Assembly (NCBI GenBank): GCA_043228905.1
Contig: JBHGNT010000008.1
Location: 8,060,001-8,124,000 of the forward strand
Reading direction: 5' to 3'
Source of the DNA: Azolla caroliniana
Taxonomy: Eukaryota; Plantae; Polypodiophyta
Length of the DNA stretch: 64,000 nt
Shown: positions 11,901 to 23,443 of the stretch, in pieces
How the letters are laid out: every line of letters starts with the position of its first letter
Numbering within the stretch: the stretch's first letter is position 1
Notes under the pieces: model-generated
Database searches by the model: none
What the model was told of the DNA's origin: nothing
Seen by the model: only the letters and a program-made list of their open reading frames with translations
Made by a program: the position numbers and the translations under genes

Positions 11901-14900
11901 GCTAATTAGCTGCCAGTAGCTAATTAGCTACTAGGATAGCTTATTAGCTACTTTACACAACTATAGTAGTAGCTAGGATAGCTAATTAGCTACTATGGTA
12001 GCTAATTAGCTACTTTACTCAACTATGGTAGTAGCTAGGATAGCTAATTAGCTACTTTACTAACTATGGTAGTAGCTAGGATAGCTAATTAGCTACTTTA
12101 TTAACTATGGTGGTAGCTAGGATAGCTAATTAGCTACAATGAAAGCTAATTAGCTACTTTCTCAACTATGTAGTAGCTAGGATAGCTTATTAGCTACTAG
12201 GACAGCTAATTAGCTACCAGTAGCTAATTAGCTAGTAGGATAGCTTATTAGCTACTTTACACAACTATAGTAGTAGCTAGGATAGCTAATTAGCTACTAT
12301 GGTAGCTAATTAGCTACTTTACTCAACTATGGTAGTAGCTAGGATAGCTAATTAGCTACTTTACTAACTATGGTAGTAGCTAGGATAGCTAATTAGCTAC
12401 TTTATTAACTATGGTGGTAGCTAGGATAGCTAATTAGCTACAATGAAAGCTAATTAGCTACTTTCTCAACTATGTAGTAGCTAGGATAGCTTATTAGCTA
12501 CTAGGACAGCTAATTAGCTGCCAGTAGCTAATTAGCTACTAGGATAGCTAATTAGCTGCCAGTAGCTAATTAGCTACTAGGATAGCTTATTAGCTACTTT
12601 ACACAACTATGTCAGTAGCTAATTAGCTAGTAGGATAGCTAATTAGCTTTTTTACACAACTATGGTACTAGCTAATTAGCTAGTACCATAGCTAACTAGC
12701 TACTAGGATAGCTTATTAGCTACTTTACACAACTATGTCAGTAGCTAATTAGCTACTATGATAGCTAATTAGCTAGTAGGATAGCTAATTAGCTAGTAGG
12801 ATAGCTAATTAGTTGCCAGTAGCTAATTAGCTAGTAGGATAGCTAATTAGCTTTTTTACACAACTATGGTACTAGCTAATTAGCTAGTACCATAGCTAAC
12901 TAGCTACTAGGATAGCTTATTAGCTACTTTACACAACTATGGCAGTAGCTAATTAGTTACTAGGATAGCTAATTAGTTGCCAGTGGCTAATTAGCTAGTA
13001 GGATAGCTATTTAGCTTTTTTACACAACTATGGTACTAGCTAATTAGCTAGTACCATAGCTAATTAGCTACTAGGATAGCTAATTAGCTAGTAGCTCATT
13101 AGCTGCCAGTAGCTAATTAGCTAGTAGGATAGCTAATTAGAAAAGACTAAGCTTATTAGCTACAGTATGGTATACCTGTTTGTTTTCTCCACTCATTTGG
13201 TAGAGTTGTACTGCAATCTCCCAAACAGAATGCAACAATTCGACAGGCATGTTGAAAACAAAGCAGATGGTATGTGTGGTTGCATGGTTGTAGGTGAACC
13301 AACAAAGACACAGTTTTGTCCTCCACACCTAACCCGCAAGCGATGCAACGTGCTTGAACTGTCAATAAATTATTTTCTGGTTCTACTTCATTTGGTAAGG
13401 GAGCAAGAATGTTCAGGTCCAAATCCTGTCTGGTCCTTACCATTCCCTCCACAAAATGTAGCTTCTTCTTAAGGCAGCTAACTACCTGTTCTTGATGAAT
13501 GTATTGTTCCTTCAACGCAACAGAGAAATTTACCGATTAATTATTCTTGTTGTTGAAAGATACACCAACTTTGCTCAGGAATCGTTAACTTACTTGAAGC
13601 TTATCCAAATTGTAATCTGCAACAGTATTTACACCTAGAAGGTCCAGGTTCATTGAAAGAACCTGGATCTCTATTTGCAGTTCTATTTTACGCTGGGGAT
13701 CCAGTGGCCCCTCTAATTCAAGCTCCTGTTGCGCAACCTATTCCAGATAATGCTTGATTAGCACATTTTACCCGTTATTTATAACACAATCACATACCAG
13801 CAAAACAATAGTTACCTGAATCTTATTTCTAATTGTTGTAACAGCAGAAGTAACTTTGCTCTCCATTGCAGAAGCCATTGTGGCTTTCTCTAAATCAGTC
13901 TTAAAAAATGCCAATGTCTCACAGGCTTCATGGACATTTTTTAGCATATAGCTAACCAATGTCTCACCTGTATCATCGACATTGGCTTTCCTTGGGTGTC
14001 GGTGTGGTGTATGCCCCCGGTCTTGCTGGGAGTCGGCAGTTGCATCAACAGCTGCCATGCTCCAAAATCTGTCTATTTTTTGTGCCAAGGTCCCCATCTT
14101 TCGGCATCTTTTTACCGATGCCTCACCATAGACTACCCAAGCTACCCTATACATTTCAGGGTCTCTAGATTCCTTCGCTGTTTTGCAGTACTCATATGCA
14201 AATGCTCTAGCAAATGAAACTGACAACTCATTATTGACTGGGATCTCCTGATGAACTTTCTGGTGCAGTCTCATGCAGTCATCGTACAAGTCGGCTTGTA
14301 CATGCTTCAGCTTGACCTTGCCTTTGACTCTAGGCACTGTATATACTGTCATCCAGTCTATATCACTGATCAATTTATCACTTAGGACAGCAGGGTCAAC
14401 ACCCTCGAGTGACAGACCATAGGTGTTGTGGAAGTCCTCCTTTGTCTCGCAAAATTTTGCGAAGTTTAGCACTCTTGTATACGGAGGAACGAGCCATCTG
14501 AAATATCATTTCAGAAATCAGAAATAGTGCAAAATCAGAATATGTGAGAATCAAAAACCCCAATCAACAACAACAAAAATGGTGCAAAATCTTTAACTTA
14601 ACCTAATCAAAATCTGTAATCAGAAGTTTGAAATCAGAAACCCTAATCAAAATCTGTAATCAGAAGTTTGTAACCAGAAACCTTATTCAGAAATTCTAAT
14701 CAGAAATTTATAATCAAAAACCCTAATCAGAAATTTCAATCAGAAACCCTAATAAAAAATTTCAATCACAAACCCTAATCAGAAATCCTAAGCAGAAATT
14801 TATAAACAAAAACCCTATTCAGAAATTCTAATTTGTAATCAAAATTTGTAACCAGAAACCCTATTCAGAAATTCTAATCAGAAATTTATAATCAAAAACC

Positions 14901-15030
14901 CTAATCAGAAATTTCAATCACAAACCCTAATCAGAAATTTCAATCACAAACCCTAATCACTAAAGACAGGATTAAACACAAAAAAAGTAATATAAACACA
15001 CCTGTTGCTACTCCCCGATTTGCGAGACAT
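8932..15030 (-). CDS. Transposon-borne accessory protein, predicted 6 exons (15030-15002, 14497-13816, 13737-13594, 13509-13176, 10771-10685, 9986-8932), ~776 aa: unknown N-terminal domain, coiled coil, RING-like finger, 13-aa acidic repeats, NLS, degenerate FCP1/NIF-type HAD phosphatase domain
   Basis: All predicted introns are GT-AG with consistent phases (2331 nt, no internal stop). RING-like CIAC..QPCNHTYHLLC..C..C; KRKR; ALILELDKVLMSV..FLEWAAKYFDLFIWS..KRLSDFW..YNADNTLILD resembles FCP1/SCP/UBLCP1 domains but has ELDKV in place of DxDxT. Confidence 0.68.
10795..13160. repeat. 2.4-kb array of the TAGCTAATTAGCTA palindrome filling intron 4 of the accessory gene, including a 304-bp higher-order repeat x3
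   Basis: Same core motif with different spacers (CTAGGA, GCCAG, CTTTACTCAACTATGGTAG); identical blocks start at ~11641, 11945 and 12249. Confidence 0.95.
14510..14960. repeat. AT-rich degenerate repeat with ~9 AAACCCTA telo-box motifs in intron 1 of the accessory gene
   Basis: Units such as AAACCCTAATCAGAAATTT recur at ~26-46 bp spacing. Confidence 0.8.
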
Positions 15031-15484
15031 CCTTGTATGGGACTCCAAGGACTTCGCCCTATTCGATTTTGGGGAAATATGAATCGGCACCAAAGTTCAG
15101 ACAGTAGTCAAAAAGAAAAAACAAATGTTTGGTGTTTTTGTAACTGAAACATACCTGGACGATGATCGAGCGGGTTCTGTGTTGTAGCTCTCAATCTGCA
15201 ATGTCGATTTTTTGCTGTTGCGGGAGCTACGTTTGCGTTCGTGCTCTGAGTACTCCATCTGCGTTCAAAATCAGACTTAGGCTAAACAGGAAATTGATGA
15301 CATTGAAGTCGACCTTAGATGATGGTGATATTCCCCAAGTTCCACTACGTCTGAAACAGAAGTTCAAATATTTGAGTTTTTTCATAAATTAGTTTTTCAA
15401 ATATTTGATTTTCCCACAAGAAAGACTAGCTAAACAAATAGCTAATTAGCTATGGCCATTTTAGTAGCTAATTAGCTATAATAG

Positions 15485-15509
15485 TGTTTCCACTCGCATG
15501 CTTTTACCC
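15485..15509 (-). repeat. Right terminal inverted repeat
   Basis: TGTTTCCACTCGCATGCTTTTACCC followed by the TSD TTAT. Confidence 0.93.
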
Positions 15510-15513
15510 TTAT

Positions 15514-18500
15514 CTCATATTATTCTTTCTCCTAGTCCAAAACCTCAGTGGTTCCCACCCGACTCACGCAACGATCCGGAGCTGAAAGACACAACACAAG
15601 TGGTGAACCCGACATGAAACCGGGTGGCAAGGAGATGGAAATTCAACCAGAGGCTAACAACATGATGGCGATGTTTCGAGCGGATGCTACAAGAACAACG
15701 CGCAATGTCGGAGATTGCGGCGGCAGTAGAGCGTCTTGTGCAATGGAACGAGCAATTCAATGGGAAAGATGTGTCACGGTATTTGCGAGATTACAAGGCG
15801 TAAATGCTACGATGCGGAATTTCGGAAGGATTACCAGTGACATCCTTCAACCAGGTGGTGACCAACAGTCTTCAAGGGAGTATCTACGGGATACGACAAC
15901 AGAATCCTAACGACATCGTTCGCCATCGAGGACTCCTCCAAGGCAACGAGGAGAGAATTCGAAGATTGGGTGGAAACGCCAGACAAGGGGATGAAGGTCC
16001 TCGATGTGTTTTCGGCATTTGAAAGTTGGTTCGGGAGGTTGTCCGCGAGAGATCAAGCTATCCTCGCACCGGACAAAGTGATCATGTTCCTACGAGTCGT
16101 GGATGTCCGGGACCGGAAAGATCTTGGAGCGCTTCTGGAGGACACGACCACCGAGAGTGGCCTCACCGATACATAGGATAATGTGCGAGATATCGTTGCA
16201 CGATACACAAAGAGGGGGCAATGGCTTGCTAACGAAGAAAAGAGGGTTTCGGAACCGATTTCGAAACCTAGATCCGGATTGGAAGACCATCAACCGTGGG
16301 CCCGGGAGACTACGACTGAGAAGGGAATCGATGCAACCACGATGGAGCAGTTGCTGAAGGAGATGGAGAATCTAAAAATCGCGATGGTGAAGAAGTTGAA
16401 TGACCGTCCCACAAGTTCCAATTATATGGACCGTTGGTGTATATGGTGTGATAGCACTGAACATGATCGGAGGGATTGCGACGAGCACAAGGAGGTGTTA
16501 CGACAAGATCTTATCTACTACGAGAATCAGATTCATTTGATGGACTCCCGGAAGCCACTCTGACTGAACTTTCGGAAAGGCGGCATGAAGAAGGTCCTAG
16601 AGGAGGAAATAGTGGTGAAAGGTAATTATGCGACAACCGCGGGAATAAGTGTGAGTGAGTCATCGGGAGCAAAGGCGTCTTTTTGGCTGGATGTGCTAGA
16701 AAACCCCGAGAAAACCGACTCTAATGAGATCCGAAGCACCGCGGAAGGCATTCATGAAGCTACGGGATCAGAGTGCCCTGTCGATAAGAATAGCGTGTAT
16801 GCGTTATGTCAATTGCATGAAGTGTATATAGACGAGAAACGACGGCGCACGGATGATGCAGCCGAACCATTGAAGAAACCAGAAAATTGGAACTCCGGAG
16901 GGTAGGGAAAAGAAAAGATGATTCCGGCATTCAAGCTTGCCTCGGACATTGAACAACAAGTGAACTTGAGAAAGGTGTTCGAGGAGAGAATCCTCGATAG
17001 CCGGGTAGAAATTTCGCTTCTGGAATTACTCGGAATAACGAAGGAGTTCCATGATCTTCTTGTGGATCTCGTGAAGAGAAAAATACAAAGTACGGAGGAA
17101 AATGCTCCAAGGGTAAATGCAAATACCGTTTTAATGAATGACACCGAATTGGAGGACGAAATTCCGAACTCCCACTACACAAGGCCACATTGGGCACGTG
17201 CAACTACGGAGACTCCGGTTCAGATCGGCAACATGAAAGAGCCCGTGCTAGCATTGATTGATCACGGATCGGAGATCAACTTGATGTCCAAGGAGTTCTA
17301 CCGGAAGGGGAAGTGGCCTATTAACAGTAATCATGGATGGAAGATCCGGGCAGCCACTAAAGCAACAGAAGACCTATTTGCGGATTGTTCGGATGTGACG
17401 GTGAAGATCGGAGATGTGGAGATAGACCAAAATTTCTTCGTGCAAGATGAGGTCTCACACTCCGTGATCCTTGGGCAACCCTTTATCACAGCATCACGGA
17501 TGGAGACGAAGGTGCTCGATAGCGATGCGTCTTTCACACGAATTCGGAATCAAAGCGGAGGGAAATCCGTCCAATTCCTAACTGTGCCTGCGAATCATGA
17601 AAGGAACAAGAGGGAGCTCTTGTCCCAAACAAAGATGGATTTTTAGAGCAGACTATTGCGGAGTGGGGAAGTGATAGTCCAAGAAGGCCTGATACCCCAC
17701 ACAGGAAGAAAACTCTTGGAGCAAAACAAGTACGAATCGGGCCTGATGGGGCATCTACGTACACGGCCGTAACCGGAGGAATGAAGAAAGAATACCGAAA
17801 AGTAGAGGATAAGTTACGGTCGAAATCAATAATAAAAGAAGACGAAGAAATCGTGGGAGTAGTCGAAGAAGTGTTCTATGGGAGCACGCTACAATGGCTT
17901 GAAGAGATTGCGAAAGAAAATAGCCAGGGAGATTGGGTAGTTCCGGTGGAATCGGTCAAGATGTACGAGATCATTGCGAAAATGGGGCTGGATGCGCTCC
18001 GCAAAGAAGAAGCAATGGTAAGTACGAAATACAAGACCATGGAGAAGAAAGTGAAACCGGCCGCGGGACCGCCACCCACCGATAGCGAACAAAAGAGGAA
18101 AGAAGTCTCGGGAGATCCGACACTTCAAAAGTCCATGCATATCGGACATGCCTTCATGGATGAGACCCGGAAAAAACTTCGGATCGGTGGAGGTGGTTTC
18201 CTCTTACAAAAAGAAGAAGAATGGTTTCGTGAGATGTTGGAACAACATGGAAAAGCATTTGCATTCACATCAAAGGAGATAGGGTGCGTTGATCCGAAGA
18301 TAGTGGGGTAAATGGTGATCTTCACGATTGATCATGTGCCGTGGAACCTGAAGCTGATTCCGGTGCCATGGGCACATATTCCGAAAGTCATCGACTTGCT
18401 CAAGGAGAAGGTGGCGATGGGGATTCCAGAACCATCCAATGCTCCATATTCAAGACTTGCAACCGGTGAACAAGGTCACGATCCGGAACTCCGGAGTCAG

Positions 18501-19446
18501 TCCGATAGTGGACGAATTTGCGGAAGCATTTCCCGAACGCGCGATATACTCCATCGGAGACCTATACTCCTCTGGGTATGACCAATTCCAACTAACCGTG
18601 GAGAGACGAGACATCACTACCATGCGAACACTGATAGGATTAGTCCGTATGTGCACCCTACCACAAGGCGCAACGAACTCGGTCGCACATATGATGAATG
18701 CGATGAACAAGGTGCTTCGAGACTGCATTCCGGAGATAACGATGCTGTTCCTAGATGACATTCCGATGAAAGGATGCGCGGTGGAAGAAAAAGATGAGAC
18801 TATGGATGATCGGGGATGCCGACAGTTCATAGTCGACCATATTCGCGATTGTGAAAAAGTGCTATGAAAGTTAGAAGATGTGCACCGAACACTTTTCGGA
18901 GAGAAATTGGCATTTGGACAAGAAGAAATATTGGCAGTCGGACATCTATGTGGGCCCTACAGCCGAAGACCGTCACCAACCAAGATTGATGCGATTCAAG
19001 CTATGAAAGAAGTATGCGAGTCACAATCCGAAGTTCGAAGGTTTCCTGGAGCATGTGCATTCTATCACATATGGATTCCGCACTATGCACATATTGCAGA
19101 CCCACTCTATCACTTGTTGCGGAAGGGTAAGAAGTTCGAATGGAGACCGGAACATACCAAATCCATGAAGAAGCTTAAGAAAACACTATGGAGGGAGGAA
19201 TCACTTAAGAAGCTGAGATATGACCGGCCGATCATAGTAACGGTTGACACAAGTCCAACCGGAATCGGATGGGTCATCAATCAAGCCGACTCGGATGTTT
19301 TGCGATATCCGATCCGATTCGGAGCAAAGGTTCTGAACGAAAGGCAATGTGGGTATGCACAAGTCAAAAGAGAATTATGGGGAGTCGTGTCGGCAATCAA
19401 ATCAGATCAAGATTATTTGATCGGAGCCGAAGTAGTGATCTCGAAA
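15514..19446 (+). mobile_element. Degenerate Ty3/gypsy element (end of 5' LTR to ~15598, PBS-Trp 15601-15618, gag-protease, RT, RNase H), 3'-truncated
   Basis: TGGTGAACCCGACATGAA is complementary to the plant tRNA-Trp 3' end; CIWCDSTEHDRRDC zinc knuckle; LIDHGSEIN protease; FLDD RT; many stops. Confidence 0.88.
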
Positions 19447-22400
19447 CGTGTTCATTGCGTTCACCATGTGAGCCACCGAGTTCGTCCCTCCTTGCGGTAG
19501 GGTACACATCCGTACTAGGCCGAGAGGAGTTCGCATTGTCGTGATGTCTCTGCTTTCTATGGCTAGCTGGAACTGATCGTACCCCGAGTAGAGATCACCG
19601 ACCGAGTAAATCGACCTTCCAGTGAAGGCCTCTGCGAACTCGTCTATTGTTGGTCCGATCCCTGCGTTTCGAATGGTCACCTTGTTGACCGGCTGCAGGT
19701 CTTGAATAAAGCGCAGTGTGCCGTCCTTCTTCGGCGTGGTAAACCACCGGTTCGAGTATGGGGCACTCGATGGTTCGAGGATTCCCATCTCGACCTTCTG
19801 CTTTAACAGCTCCATTAGCTTCGGGATGTGAGCTCTGGGTACTGGAATCGGTTTGAGACTCCACGGCACATGCGGTACCGTGAATATCACCATCGGTTCC
19901 ACGACTGTCGGGTCTACGCACCAGATCTCCTCCGGTGAGAATGCGAAAGCCTTCCCGTGCCTTCCGAGCATTCCCCGAAAACGGTCCTCTTCCGCCAGCA
20001 GTAGGAAGCCGCCCCCACCGAGTTTGAGCTCGCACAACGTTATGTCGGTGAACGTGTGTCCTATGCGGGCCGGATTTCGTAAACTCAGGTCCGACGCAAT
20101 CCCCTTTATTTGCAACTCGCTGCCCTCCGGCAAGGGAGCCGCGACTGGCCTCACCTTCCGGTCCACAGTCTTGTACCTCGTGTCCACCCGAGCAGTCCGA
20201 TCCGACTCGAGCCCTCTACTGAAGTCGGCGATGACTTCGTACATCCTTTCCGAACATACCGGAATCGTCCGGTCCTCTTTAAGGACTCCTCCGACTACCT
20301 CTCGCAGCTCCCCCAAGGTATCGTCGAAAGAGACCGCCTCCACGGCTCCGTTGATTTCCTCTCCGAGGCCGAGGATACCACATGCCCAAAGTCACTCCTC
20401 TGCCCTTTTCTTCTTCCGTCCAACAACGTCGACTATCGTACACCCTCCGTTGTCGGAGAACCAAAATTTCCTACTTATAGTACAGGTCTTCTCCGCTATC
20501 GTACATTTGTGGGGTTTTCCCGGAGTGTCCGAACTATCGCGGCCCCACGCCTTGATAGCCCTCTCTAAAAATCCTCTCGGCTTTCGCCCCCGAGGGTCTC
20601 ACGGTTCCTCTCATGGTTCGGTCTCACCGTCAGGAACTGGACCGAGTGACGCCCATCCTGGCTCTTGACCCTTGCATAGGCCGAGCCGTTGTCCAGCACC
20701 TTGGTCTCCATCCCTGCTGCCATGATGTACAGTTCTCCTAGTATAACCGGATGTCAGGACGTCTCCTGCACGAAGAAGTGCTGGTCAATCTCGACATCGC
20801 TGATCTTTACTCGTACGTTCAGGCAAGCTCCATGTAGCTCTTCGGTGGCACGCGTCGCCACCCGTATTTTCCACCCGTGCTTGGTGTTGATCGGCCATTT
20901 TCCCTTCTTATAGAAGTCCATGGACATCAAATTGATTTCTGAACCGTGGTCCACCAACGCCACCACTGGTTCATGAACATCTCCAATCTTCACGGGGGTC
21001 TCCGTAGTCGCTCTGGCCCAGTGCGGCCTCGAATAGTGGCTCTCCGCCAATTCGTCTTCCAGCGCCATGTCCTCTATGTGCGTCGTCCGCACCTCCACCG
21101 GCTTCTCCGGCTCTGTCTCCGTGGACAACCTCTTCCTCTTCACCAAGTCTACGATGGAGACGTGGAACTCCTTCTTGGTGATCCCAAGCACTTCCCTCAA
21201 CGACAGTTCCACCTTGCTGTCGAGGATTCGTTCTTCCAGGACCTTTCGCAGGTCCGTTGATCTTTCGATTTCTGTGCCTAACCGGTACCCGCCCTTCTTG
21301 GGATTATCCTGGGCGCCGATTACACCGGCCTCATTCCGCCTTTGCCCGAATCGAGTTTCATATCGCTGCGAGGGCCCGGCCCCTCTGGTTTTCCCTACTC
21401 GCTTGTCCTCCACCAGAGCCTCGTAGTTTTGACAAGAGGCTTCGACGAAGCCCGTCTTTTCTTCCACTGGGTCACTCCACCCGGTTACCTCCCGGACCCG
21501 TTTTTCCGTGCGGTCCACCTCTTCTTTCCTCAGCCGCGCGCCGTGGAGGCCTTCCAGCATCGTCGGCCAGAACCCAGCTTTGTTCGTCCTTGGGGCCTCG
21601 CCACCTCCAACCCGAATACCAGCTGACGTCGAGTAGTCGACGGTCTCCGCGTGACGAGCCACCGCCTCCTCTATCAGCCTTTTCATGCCCCCTCGCCCGA
21701 CGTTCAGGTTCAGGGCCCTTCGGGTCTCGCTGGCGTGCACCCGACCGTTCCACAGGTACACCCCGTTGCTTCTCATCGCCTCGGCAAAGTCCCCGCAGTC
21801 CTTCCAGATGTGCCCAACCGCGTCACACCACATGCACCTGTTTTCAACCAGAGGTCGCCGGTCACGGGCCTGTTCGCCACCATCCCTCCGTGCTTGGGTG
21901 ATCTGGAGATCCTTTACCATCCGCGTAAGCTCCTCCAGAGCTGCTCCCCCAGACGAGCCATTGACCATGCCGGTTGAAGCCGACCCGGTCTCGAGCCAAT
22001 CTCGGGTCTCTCCCCTTCGTGTTGGTGGTGTTGGCTCGGGTTTCTTTGCTGCGACAGAGCCCGCCCCTGTCGATCCTTTGTCAGCCCATTCCCGCCGTTT
22101 GTCGAAACAGCCATAGACCCTTTTCACTACGGCCCAGTCAGCCATCAGCTCGTCATCAGTCTCCAATAGGAGGCCTACCTGCTCCCGATCCCGCTCGTCA
22201 ACCGACTTAACAAACAATAGGACACGGCTTGTGTCCAGAACGGTCCGGTCAAGCACCGAGAGGCGCGCGAAGCGTTCCTCAAACCCCCGAAGGAGCACTG
22301 ACACGTTCCTTCCTTTGTCGGGGGTCTCCACCCACTCCATGAAGTCCCGCTTCGAAAGTCGAAGCGCATCTTCAAGCCCGTATCTTTCGAGGAGCCGACC

Positions 22401-22790
22401 TTTGAACTCCCAGGTCCGGCTCTCGGCCCGTACCTCGAGCACCTCCGTATGGATACCCGGCATCGCCACTCGAGGGAATCCGGCTAGACGCCTCTCTTCC
22501 GGAATGTCCCTCATTACCATCTCATCCCGGTAGGACGCCAAGTAGCTCGTGGCATCCTTCCCACTAAACCGGCCAATCGTACCGACAACCGCCTCAATAG
22601 CCCTATCAAGGGCGCTAGTGCCTTCGCGCACACTCACTATACGGTCTACAGCCGAAGCCATGGCTTCTGCAAGGTCCGACCCCCTCATCTTCTACTCCTC
22701 TGCCGCTTGTTCACGTCGGGTTCACCAAATATGTCGCGCGTGCGTGGAGAACAAGGCGGGACCACTGGGGTCTTGGACCGAGGAATAGGT

Positions 22791-22852
<62 letters not shown>

Positions 22853-23443
22853 GCTCACACACGTATAGACAAAGAAGCGCATGGGGACGCGGCCCAACAA
22901 CACAAGAGACAAGAGTTGAGAACGCTAGCGTATGTATATAAATATGTGTATGTAATTGTATATATGCAGACGACTCGAACGGTTACAGTCGATCAGGTCG
23001 GCGAGATGGATGTTGGCACCTGATCACCCACGCACACAGGAGAGCAAGATGGAGATTCTGCCGGAAGCACACGGGCGTTCCACGGAGCAGGATCAACCTC
23101 CTGAGAACCTGCGCAAAAGAAAGCTACGGAGAATGACAAAGAAGAAGAGCTCGGTCCTAGTCCGACAACACTTCGTCCCCTCTAGCACGCGATACCTTTT
23201 CTCCCCCGTCTCCCTCTCTTTTATAGCTCAAGGAGGGAGGCCGTTTCACCCGTTTACATCACATTAATTCGCTGTCCTTTTAGATAGAGATACTCCTCGA
23301 TTTCCCCTTATAGAATATTGCTACCTAGGATCTAACCTTTGTGCCTACCTATCTACCATACGACAAGGGACGTGCCCACGTGTAAGGGCTGGTTCACACA
23401 CATAACACAAGGTTTGCGCCTGGGGACGGTTTTCTTCACGACA
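19447..23443 (-). mobile_element. Ty3/gypsy element truncated in RT: 5' LTR 22732-23443, PBS-Trp 22710-22727, gag-PR (from 22688), partial RT
   Basis: LTR TGTCGTGAAG..GCGCGACA on the minus strand with an internal (GA)n; PBS TGGTGAACCCGACGTGAA; proteins closely similar to those of 44695-51769. Confidence 0.92.

Larger units (their letters stand above)
3078..15509 (+). mobile_element. 12.4-kb cut-and-paste DNA transposon, Sola2-like, with transposase and a convergent accessory gene; inserted in a gypsy 5' LTR
   Basis: 25-bp TIRs (1 mismatch) beginning GGG, 4-bp TSD TTAT at 3074-3077 and 15510-15513, and a transposase with VDFAENY / WSDG..SQFK / GHGKGEHDG motifs. 5'-GRG termini with a 4-bp TSD are the described Sola2 hallmarks. 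Confidence 0.82.

Noticed and set aside
5272-13160. Palindromic repeat-spacer arrays as a CRISPR array
   Set aside because: Spacers are short and reiterated rather than unique, there are no cas genes, and the arrays lie in spliceosomal introns of a eukaryotic transposon.
14510-14960. Interstitial telomeric array
   Set aside because: The AAACCCT units are isolated by spacers and are not tandem heptamers.
15548-15565. TGGTTCCC.. as the PBS of the downstream gypsy element
   Set aside because: A much better 18-nt tRNA-Trp PBS lies at 15601 and is shared with the related copies.
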